NCBI RefSeq assembly: GCF_046119375.1
Contig: NW_027362763.1
Coordinates: 663,276,001-663,340,000, forward strand
Source: Phyllobates terribilis
Lineage: Eukaryota
DNA length: 64,000 nucleotides
Reading direction: 5' to 3'
Positions 10,958 through 20,733 of the stretch are shown here, one piece after another. A program made the position numbers and the translations under genes. The notes under the pieces were generated by a model. That model was not told where the DNA came from, ran no database searches, and worked only from the letters and a program-made list of their open reading frames with translations. Position 1 is the stretch's first letter. Each line of letters opens with the position of its first letter.

Positions 10958-13900
10958 TAGTGTTGAGCGATACCTTCCGATATCAGGAAATATCGGATCG
11001 GATTGGATCGGACCGATACCCAAAAAGTATCGAATATCGTCGATTCCGATACCGGAAACCAATGCAAGTCAATGGGACATAAATATCGGAATGAAAATAA
11101 ACCCTTTCTTTCCTTGTAGGTTAATTCTACATGAAGGAAAACAACTAACAATAATGTAGAATGTATTGGGGGAGGTGGTTGCCCAAATCGATGGGAACAG
11201 TGCTCACAGTGAAACATGAAAAGCCGGCAATTCAGCAGCGGCATACACCGGTACTCGACAATTTAGAAAAGAAAGAATAGAGCATCACACATAGATTAGA
11301 TAGATAGAAACATGTCAGTCACATATATAAGAAGTACAGTGACAGTGTTGCTTACTGTACTTGTCATTTAGTGTAAAGGATTTATTTAAAAAAATATTAG
11401 TGTTTTCATGCACCGTCTCTTTAAAAAAGCCGGCCGGCAATTCAGCATCTGTACCCGACAATTTATAACAGACAGAATAGAGCTTCACACATAGATTAGA
11501 TAGATAGAAACATGTCAGTCACATATATATGAAGTACAGTGACAGTGTTGATTACTGTACTTGTCATTTAGTATTAAAATAAAGGATTTATTAAAAAAAA
11601 AAATTGGCGTGGGGTTCCCCGTAATTTTAGTCTCTAGCGGAGGTTAAGCAGACGGCTGGGGCAGATGTTTGAAGCCTGTGAAGGGGGTAATACCCACGGA
11701 GCTTCCCAGGCTACTAATATCAGCCCCCAGCTGAATACATAACCTTTACTAGCTATTAAAATGGGGGACCCCCCGAAAAAAATGACGTGGGGTCCCCCCT
11801 ATTTTAATAGCTAGCAAAGGCTAGGCAGACAGCTGGGGGCTGATATTAATAGCCCAGGAAGGGTGCCATGAATATTGGCCCCCTCCCAGGCTAGAAACAC
11901 CAGCCGTCAGCCGCCCCAGAAATGGCGCATCCATAGGATGCGCCAATTCTGGCACTTAGCCTCGCTCTTCCCACTGCCCTGTAGCGGTGGCAGTGGGGTA
12001 ATAAGGTTGGGGTTGATGTCAGCTTATAATGCCAGCTGACATCAAGCCCAGGTTAGTAATGGAGAGGCGTCTATAAGACACTCCCATTACTAACCCCATA
12101 GTCAAAGTTTAAAAAAAACACAAACACCCAGAATAAAGTCCTTTAATTGAAATAAACACACAATTCTTTATTGTTCTAAATTAAACCATACTTACCATCA
12201 CGCCCATTCCAGCTGAAGCCAAAGATCTCCTGCAATAAAAGAAAAATAATAAAGCAACATCATCCTTACCTTTCCATGGTTCCCAGAACAGCTTCAGCTC
12301 TGCTACATTCACATGACAGGCTGGATCGCAGCAGAAATCTGCCATCCTGCCTGTCATCCCGCGGACACTGAGAAGTGCAGGCATGCTTGCGCTCCTCAGT
12401 GTCTGGCTGTGACGGCATCCAGATGAGCCGACAATGAACTCAGCTCACCTCATGCACGTCACTGACAGCGTGGGAGAATTCTCCTGCGCATGCGGTGAGC
12501 GTGAGAGACTCGGCTCATCTGGATGCCGTCACAGCCTGACACTGAGGAGCGCAAGCATGCCTGCGCTTCTTAGTGTCTGCGAGATGACAGGCTGGATGGC
12601 AGCGTTCTGCTGCGGTCCAGCCTGTCATCTCGATATAGCAGAGCTGGAGCTGTCCTGGGATCCATGGAAAGGTAAGGATGAGGTTGGTTTATTATTTTTC
12701 TTTTATTGCAGGAGATCGTTGGCTTCAGCTGGAATGGGCGTGATGGTAAGTATGGTTTAATTTAGAACATTAAAAAATTGTGTGTTTATTTCAATTAAAG
12801 GACTTTATTCTGGGTGTTGTGTTTTTTTTTAAATACTTTACTAGAAATTCATGTCTAATATTGGCGTGACCCCATGAATTTCGGGCTTAGGGCCAGCTTT
12901 GTATTATCCGCTGGCCCTAAGCCCGAAATTTACCCCTTTATTACCCAGTGAGCCACCGCACCAGGGCCCTGGATGAGTTGGATACAGCGCCAGAAGATGG
13001 CGCTTCTATGAACGCGCCATTTTCTGGGGTGGCTGTGGACTGCAGTTTGCAGCGGGGGGGGGGGGGGCAGAAAGCTTGGTCCTCCCTGCGCTGCGGATTC
13101 CAGCCCCCAGCTGCCTAGTTGTACCTGGCTGGACACAAAAATAGGGCGAAGCCACACGTATTTTTTTTTTATTATTATTTCATGAACTTCATGAAATAAT
13201 AATAAAAAAAAGGGCTTCCCTATATTGTTGTGTCCGGCCAGGTACAAATAGGCAGCTGGGAGTGGGGGGCAGCCCGTTCCTGGATGCTTTACCTGGCTGG
13301 CATACAAAAATATGGCAAAGCCCACGTCAACATTTTTGGGAAAAATTAATTAAAAAATAAATAATAATTTAGGGACTGCATCTTTATTAACCCCTCAAGT
13401 GTCATTTAGTGTTAAAATAAAGGATTTATTAAAAAAAAAAATGGCGTGGGATCCCCCATAATTTTAGTCTCTAGCGGAGGTTAAGCAGACGGCTGGGGCA
13501 GATGTTTGAAGCCTGGGAAGGGGGTAATACTCACGGAGCTTCCCAGGCTACTAATATCAGCCCCCAGCTGAATACCTAGCCTTTACTAGCTATTAAAATG
13601 GGAGACCCCCCCCAAAAAATGACGGGTGGTCCCCCCTATTTTAATAGCTAGCAAAGGCTAGGCAGACAGCTGGGGGCTGATATTAATAGCCCAGGAAGGG
13701 TGCCATGAATATTGGCCCCCTCATAGGCTAGAAACACCAGCCGTCAGCTGCCCCAGAAATGGCGCATCCATAGGATGCGCCAATTCTGGCACTTAGCCTC
13801 GCTCTTCCACGCTGCCCTGGTGCGGTGGCAGGGGGTAATAGGGTTGGGGCTCATGTCAGCGCCAGCTGCCATGAAGCCCAGGTTAGTAATGATGGGCATC

Positions 13901-15634
13901 TATAAGACACCCCCATTACTAACCTACAAAGTGTTAAAAATAAAAAACACACACTACACCCAGAAAAAAATAATTTATTTGAAATAAAACACACCATTTT
14001 ATTTAATTCTTAGTTTACTAAAAAAAAATTGTTACCTGTCCACGTTCCTGCGCTGATCTCCCATGCACAGCTGTCACATCTGGAGATGTGACAGCTGTCA
14101 TTGCTGCTGTAAGCTCACACTGCCGGGAACACGTCCGCTCCCGGCAGCGGGAGCCCCTGACTGAGGTCACCGGAGTGCATTCAGGCAGCGCAGCTCCGGA
14201 GACCCCCTTTACGGCCCTGCTGTACCGTGGGAATTTCTCACGGTACAGCAGGGCCGTAAAGGAGCTAACCGGAGCAGCGCTGCCTGAACTCCGGCGAACC
14301 CGCTTATGCAGTGACGGGGCTGCTTTACGGCCGAGTCATTCTAGCGGCGGCAGCGGTTTAGAGCGGTCACATTCTATGTGGCCGCTCTAAACTGGAGATC
14401 TTCGTGGGACACTCGTGGACTACTACGGAGGGGTAAGGATAAGGTTGTGGTTTATTATTTTATATTTTATTACAGGAGATCGATGGCTTCGGGGAATTAG
14501 GTGTCTAGGTGAGTATAGGTGTCGTTTTTTATTTTTTACTTTATTTTAGGTGGCGATCGGCGGGGACAGGTAATGTATAAACTAATTTATTTTAGGTAAC
14601 CACTGGCCACCAATGACATGTATTTAAAATTTATTGGGGACCAAAAACAAATATATATGGGGGCCTAAAAGAATAAAAGATGTATAGGGGCTAAAAAATA
14701 ACATATGGGGCAGTTTAAATAGCAGGATCAGGCTGATGGGAACTACTGCTCCCATCGAGCTGATCCTGCTGGCACTAGTGGATGGGGGACAGACATAGGC
14801 CGATGGGAGTAGTAGTGTCACATCGGCCTATGTCTGTCTGCACGCACACACCCGCTGACATCGCACAGACACCGCGCACACCCGCACACATCCGCAGACA
14901 TCGCACAGACACCGCGCACACCCGCAGACATCGCACAGACACCGCGCACACCCGCAGACATCGCACAGACACCGCGCACACACTAATCATGACGGGTCTG
15001 ATTGTCTGGGAGGTGAGGCTGACCTGTGTGGCCGTGGGAAAGTTCATGTGAGTTCATGCAGTGAAGCATGAACTCACATGAACCCTCTGAGGGCACCGCG
15101 GCTACTTCAAATGAACAGCTGATCGGCATCACCTGATACCTCAGCTGTTCATTTGAAATAACCGGCGGGAGAGCGCAGCACAGAACGGGAAAGCTGGCGG
15201 TGAAGTCTTTTCACTGCCGGCTTCCCCGCCCGGGTCCTTCGCTCCCCGCTCCTTGGTGCTGCACTCCCCGCCCGGTCCTAACTTACGATCGGGATGGGGG
15301 GAGCGGAGGATCGGGGTGGGAGGCTGCGGGGAAGCAGTATGGGGCTGTGTGATTGTTTAAAAAGCCGGCGGCTATTTACCGCCCGCTGGCTTTTTACCGC
15401 CCGCCGGCTTTTAAACAATCAGGAGAATTCTCTCACGCTGGGATGGCATTCTGATGACAGGCTGGATCGCAGCTGAGCGCTGCCATCCAGCTTGTCATCC
15501 TTCGGAGACACTGCACAGCGCAGGCATTATGGGAACTTCCGATTCCGGTATTCGATATTGTAAAAGTATCGGAATTCCGATACCGCGAATATCGGCCGAT
15601 ACCCGATATTTCAGTATCGGAATGCTCAACACTA
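10958..15634 (+). mobile_element. Large non-autonomous hAT-type DNA transposon, copy 1
   Basis: TIR TAGTGTTGAGC...GCTCAACACTA; 8-bp TSD GTCATCAC at 10950-10957 and 15635-15642; subterminal CCGATA/TATCGG clusters; internal direct and inverted duplications; no transposase. Confidence 0.9.
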
Positions 15635-15929
15635 GTCATCACCCAACTTTACTAGAGGCCATGTAATGGCGGTATTGGGGGGGGTTCTGGAATGATGACA
15701 GCACGTGTATGTGCTCTACATGGGGACCCCAGAGGAGTGGACCGCTGTGCTCTTATAGCCAAGCCCCCACATGGCACAGCCTGTATGTAATACTGGCGTC
15801 ATAGGACCCCTCAGTGATTGTTACCTCTGCACTCCCCGCCGCTAAAACCCTGTGTAAATGTAGATTCAAAGAGCTGCCACTACTGGTGGCTGAAGGAAGT
15901 AAGAATTGAATACATATATTAGTTGTGTT

Positions 15930-16440
15930 ATGTATTTAAGGGGTAACATTTCTCCTTGCGGAGAGCGTCACGTTAAGCATGTCGAGGTGAGTAGACTCTT
16001 AAAGCCGCAATGCTTTTCTGGAAAATATGCAAATTGTCAAACAAGGCTAAAGTACAGAGATCACAAGGTTTTATAGCAAAGCAAATTGTCTTTTCAGAGA
16101 GGAAGAGGACTAGAACTCTAGTGCCACCTACAGGAAGTAGTAATCATAAAAGTCATTAGTGACCCTTTAACGAGCTTTATCACATGACTTGGGATATAAG
16201 CCAGAAACAGAATTTGCAGACACTGTGTTTCGGGGTACTGCCCTTTGTCAGTGCAAAGTGTGAGTCCTGGTTGGCTGGATGAGAGGCGTCAGACCGGTAT
16301 CCAAGGGGTAATGTTTCTCCTTGCAGAGAGTGACATGTTAAGCATGTCGAGGTGAGGAGACTTTTAAAGCCGCAATGCTCCTCTGGGAAATAGGAAAATT
16401 GTCTCTTCAGAGAGGAAGAGGACAAGAACTCTAGTGCCAG
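15930..16440 (-). mobile_element. Retrozyme-like repeat (~366-bp unit, ~1.4 copies) carrying a hammerhead motif
   Basis: AAGGGGTAA...TTCTCCTTGC recurs ~366 bp apart; homologous copy at 58610-59130; hammerhead motif on minus strand. Confidence 0.6.
16213..16257 (-). ncRNA. Type I hammerhead ribozyme, degenerate (G8A)
   Basis: Minus strand TTTGCA-CTGACAA-AGGGcagtaCCCC-GAAAC-AC-A-GT-GTC-TGCAAA: 6-bp stem I, stem II, very short stem III, GUC triplet; core G8 is A. Confidence 0.7.
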
Positions 16441-16888
16441 CTTATGTTATGATACAAATGTTGCACTATGGTTCAGGCTGCAATCTTCCTTCAATCATTT
16501 ATTCCCATACCCCCTGATTTGCAGATTATAACATGCTCCTAGTTTTAGACTTTTCTTATACAGAAATGTCCCTTTTGAGTAATACATTGTAGATGGGAGG
16601 CCTGTATATTCAATGTGCTGCTGTTTTCAGTTGCCCCCCATGTATGAGAACAACTTCATTTCTAGACTGATTTCCCAGGACAAGAGGGATCTCTTCTCCC
16701 TTGCACTTATAGACACTGATGTTAAAGAGTTTGATCCCTCTACCTTCCCTTGCAGAGTGTCTAAGAATGCTTTCCTCCTTATCTACAGCTGGTGTGATCT
16801 GCCATCTTTGAAGATATGGGTGTTTCTCTATGTCACTGTCAGATCTATACTGCAGGCAGCAGCACAGCCAATTGACATATGCAAAGTG

Positions 16889-17140
16889 TACATCAGCACA
16901 GCCAGCTATGTACTTGACATACACAGACTCTACATCAGCACAGCCAGCTATGTACTTGACATACACAGACTCTACATCAGCACAGCCAGCTATGTACTTG
17001 ACATACACAGACTCTACATCAGCACAGCCAGCTATGTACTTGACATATACAGACTCTACATCAGCACAGCCAGCTATGTACTTGACATACACAGACTCTA
17101 CATCAGCACAGCCAGCTATGTACTTGACATACACAGACTC
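16889..17140. repeat. 42-bp minisatellite, 6 copies
   Basis: Unit TACATCAGCACAGCCAGCTATGTACTTGACATACACAGACTC, near-identical copies. Confidence 0.95.
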
Positions 17141-17369
17141 TACAGTTATGGATTACAATCAGCGTCGGGCTGTCCCACCGGGACACCGGGAGATTCCCCG
17201 GTGGGCCCCGGCTCCTCAGTGGGCCCCCACCTATTAGAGGCCGCCGCACGCTCATCGCACTGCTAAACCTCCTCTTGATGACTGCGGCGGTCTCCGCGTC
17301 AGCGTTCGGCCTCTGATAGGCTGGTGGACATGGAATGTCAGTGCTATACGCCGGGCGCTGACGACAGTA

Positions 17370-17860
17370 TTACAGTATTCATTACATTGTGTCTCATCCA
17401 TGCATTGTATTCCATTATATTTCATCCTTAGATTCCAGTCCAGTATTTGTTACATTGTATCTCTTGTTTCTCATCCATGAATGTATTGATGAAATGTGTG
17501 GATTGGATACAATCCAGTATAACAGCATTTGTTACATTGTATCTTATCCATGAATGTATTGATGAGATGTATCGAAGAGATACAGTACAGTATTTCTTAC
17601 ATTGTATCTCACCCATAAATGTATTGATGTATGGAATAGATACAGTCCAGTATAACAACATTTGTTACATTGTATCTGATCCATACATTATAGTCCATTA
17701 TATTTCATCCTTAGATTCCAGTCCAGTATTTGTTACATTGTATCTGATCCATGAATGTATTGATGAGATGTGTGGATAAGATACAGTCCAGTATTACAGT
17801 ATTTATTACAATGTATCTAATCCCTACATTACGGTCCAGTATTCCAGTATTTTCTTGCAT
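17370..17860. repeat. Degenerate AT-rich tandem repeat (~65-80-bp spacing)
   Basis: TTACATTGTATCT and ATCCATGAATGTATTGATG recur several times. Confidence 0.7.
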
Positions 17861-18280
17861 TGTTTCTCATCCAGGTTTGCCATGGACACTGACCACTGCT
17901 TTACATCCGCTGTTTTCTCGCCATTATTCCTCTCATCATTTCTGATGACCCAATAGGGCAGCTCAGGACATTACCATAATATTCTCAGACTGTCTTGGGA
18001 GATTCATAAGAAAAACAGATCTCCTCTCCTTCCCTTTGGTCCGGTGAAATGGACATTAATGAGTGATACAATGTAAGTAACTACCAGATAATGAACCATG
18101 TATCACAAAGAAGCATCGGCTAAAGACTCATTGCGGAGAATAGAACAGCGGCTAATGAGAAGCGGCCGAGAGATTCTGAGACGGGAAGAGGAAGGGAAGT
18201 CTTATAATGGTTCCTTCTTACAAGTATTTAAATATTTAAATAAATAATAGTATAAAAAGAAGGAACTCTGAACATGTATT

Positions 18281-19278
18281 TGTGGCACCCCAGGGGTCTG
18301 GTTTCCACAGTAACAGCAATGTTATGTCTGAGAGCAGGTGGGAGGTCTCTTGGTCAGGAATCCTATGCATGCCACACCTCCTGCCCAGTCCTGGGAGGGG
18401 AAGGACTTCCCCTATATAAACCTAGGGCTGAGGCAGGGTTAGTGAGTAGAGAAGAAGTAGAGACAGAGAAGAGAAGCAGATATAGGAAAAGAACATCAGG
18501 AGCTCTGTGGGAGCAGTGCTATAAGGAGTCAGGGGCTGGCAGCTGCAGAGCTCGCCCTGACTGAGAAGCTATCACCGGACCCGGAGTCCGAGGCTGTGGG
18601 GACTAATCTTTACCCAGCAGCAGAAACCGCCCGGCAGGGGATTTCAGGTCCTCTGGCCAAGAAACCCGAAGGCACGGTCACACGCGTGGGACCAGCACCG
18701 CCGTCGTGGAGCGGACGCCACTAGAAGGCCCCGAGTCACCGGCCATACGGGTGAGCACCACACGGTACACTCAGGGACGTGGGCTACTTATACCCGCCTC
18801 TAGCAAGGTAGCCAGAAGAGTACAGTCAGTTTGGGAGGCCTACAACTCCGCCTGGCCAGGGGAGATCCCATCTGCTCAAGGACTGACCAGGCCCCGATCG
18901 CTAGCCAGTACTCCGGGAGGGTCTATCTTTATCACCAGTAAAGACCCTGAATTACACCGCATCGTCTCTGAGTGATTCCTGCTACCCCATCATCCACGTC
19001 GGCTGCCCTGAGGCCATACCCCTCCCGTTGGGGGTGATACTATCACGCTGCACAATCCTACCACCGGCCTCAGCGGTCTGCCCTGCAGCGGCAGCTCCTT
19101 CGCTGCATTCAACGGGTGGCGTAGTCGTCCAACATCTACCGCTAATACAACGCCACTTAGTCTGACTCCCTGGGCACGGACCGGGTCACCGCCACGAGAC
19201 TACAACCCTCAACAGATCCGGCTCCGGGTAAGCTCCCGCGTGCGCAACGCTGCGCGACACAGGCCCAGGGGTGCGTCA
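18281..19278 (+). repeat. 5' LTR
   Basis: TGTGG...CGTCA; TATATAAA at 18413-18420; AGTAAA poly(A)-like signal near 18937. Confidence 0.95.
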
Positions 19279-19283
19279 ACTTT

Positions 19284-19301
19284 TGGCGTAGTCGGCAGGA
19301 T
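19284..19301 (+). promoter_or_regulatory. Primer-binding site complementary to tRNA-Ser
   Basis: TGGCGTAGTCGGCAGGAT is the reverse complement of the vertebrate tRNA-Ser 3' end ATCCTGCCGACTACGCCA, 5 nt after the LTR. Confidence 0.9.
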
Positions 19302-19719
19302 CTCGTGCCCGCAACCACTGGGTACTGCGTGCCTGAAAAAGACTGTTCAAACTTACCAGTGGTGAAGATTCCCGCCATCCGGCGCCATCTTCTGTCTTCT
19401 TCCCGCCATCCACGAAGTTTTCCCGCCATCCGGCGCCATCTTCTGCCTTATTTCCGCCATCCGTGGAGTTTTCCCGCCGTTGGACGCCATCTTGAAGACG
19501 CCGCGCGGGAAGAAGAGGGGCGTGGACTCCGAAAGCGCGCGAGAACTGAAGCCCCGCCTCACGTCCGGACGTTGCGTAAGGTCCTGGAAGGAGCCCAGCA
19601 GACGCCGACGTCACAGGAGCGCGACGGAAGGTCCTCAACCCTGACGATCCACTGCGGAGCCGCGGCCTACGGAAGAGGATCATCGCAAGGTAGGCCACGG
19701 TCCACTAGGGGGGAGAAGG

Positions 19720-20700
19720 ATGTCGGATACGGAGGAGAGCTTCACCGCTTCAACCCCCGCCAGCGCCACCGCTGTTGCGGTCATGCCTTTCACCATGCCC
19801 TATATCCCGGGGGCAGCCTGGCTACCCCAGTACTCAGGGGAGTCACATACCCTGCATGACTTTAGAGAAAAGCTGGATAGCCTCTTCCAGGTGTATCCCC
19901 TCACAGAGGAGCAAAAAGTGAGCATCCTGGTGGCCCAATTAACCGGGGCAGCCCAAAGGGAGGTAAAGTCCTGGCCACCTGGGAGGAGGACTGTCGCAGA
20001 GATACTAACCCGGCTGAGGGACACCTTTGATACCCGCACCTCAGCCGAGATCAAGCTTAGATTCTACGGGTGCAAACAGCGGGCACATGAGAGTATAAGG
20101 GACTATGCCCTGAACCTACAAGAGGCCCTGAGAGCCATTAAGCAGACCGACCCTGACGGCGTGGGAGACGAGGACAGGCTGTTGACTGAACAATTTATAG
20201 AGGGTTTATATTGCAATGCCCACCGAACCCAGTTGCGGGCAATGGCCTTACAGGACCCTCATCTGGGATTTGCACAGTTCAAGGACAGAGCCATCCGGGT
20301 GCTCCGAGAACCGGCACCAGGTGGCGTTGTGACCCACAGACGCCCCACTACCACTTACCACCAGGAGGCGGCACCCTTGTCGGCAGGGCCTGTGGGAGCT
20401 GATGCGCAGGCTTTGAACAATGACCCGGCTCCAGACCTGCACCATCAGGTCCAAGAGCTAGCTAAAAGCGTTGCCGCGCTAACCCGAACTGTGCAGTCTT
20501 TACAGGTTTCCACTCCAGGGAAGATCCAGCTGGCATCCGGACCGGAGGACATCCCGTGGCGTCGACCAAGGAGGACCCCACCGGCCAGAGGAAGACCCAG
20601 CGACCGATACAACGAGGACGGACAACCCATCTGCCGCCGCTGCAATCAACCCGGACATATGGCAAGGTACTGTCCTTTAAACTGGCACAACCTGGGGTAG
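19720..20700 (+). CDS. gag: Gypsy Gag, 326 aa, with CCHC zinc knuckle
   Basis: Open ATG-initiated ORF; C-X2-C-X4-H-X4-C motif CRRCNQPGHMARYC near the C-terminus. Confidence 0.93.
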   Translation: MSDTEESFTASTPASATAVAVMPFTMPYIPGAAWLPQYSGESHTLHDFREKLDSLFQVYPLTEEQKVSILVAQLTGAAQREVKSWPPGRRTVAEILTRLRDTFDTRTSAEIKLRFYGCKQRAHESIRDYALNLQEALRAIKQTDPDGVGDEDRLLTEQFIEGLYCNAHRTQLRAMALQDPHLGFAQFKDRAIRVLREPAPGGVVTHRRPTTTYHQEAAPLSAGPVGADAQALNNDPAPDLHHQVQELAKSVAALTRTVQSLQVSTPGKIQLASGPEDIPWRRPRRTPPARGRPSDRYNEDGQPICRRCNQPGHMARYCPLNWHNLG

Positions 20701-20733
20701 AGGGCCAAACCCCAGGAAAAAGATCATCAGGCC
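20676..20733 (+). promoter_or_regulatory. Predicted -1 ribosomal frameshift signal (T TTA AAC plus downstream pseudoknot)
   Basis: Heptamer 20676-20682 in gag phase; pol is in the -1 frame with no nearby ATG; CCTGGGG/CCCCAGG stem 8 nt downstream; GGGCC/GGCCC second stem. Confidence 0.75.

Noticed and set aside
16620-16860. Candidate exon (both strands open, AG/GT pairs present)
   Set aside because: No recognisable protein family on either strand and no partner exons; cannot be supported without transcripts
20556-20675. Independent start codon for pol
   Set aside because: The track start is GTG; a -1 frameshift at 20676-20682 explains expression better
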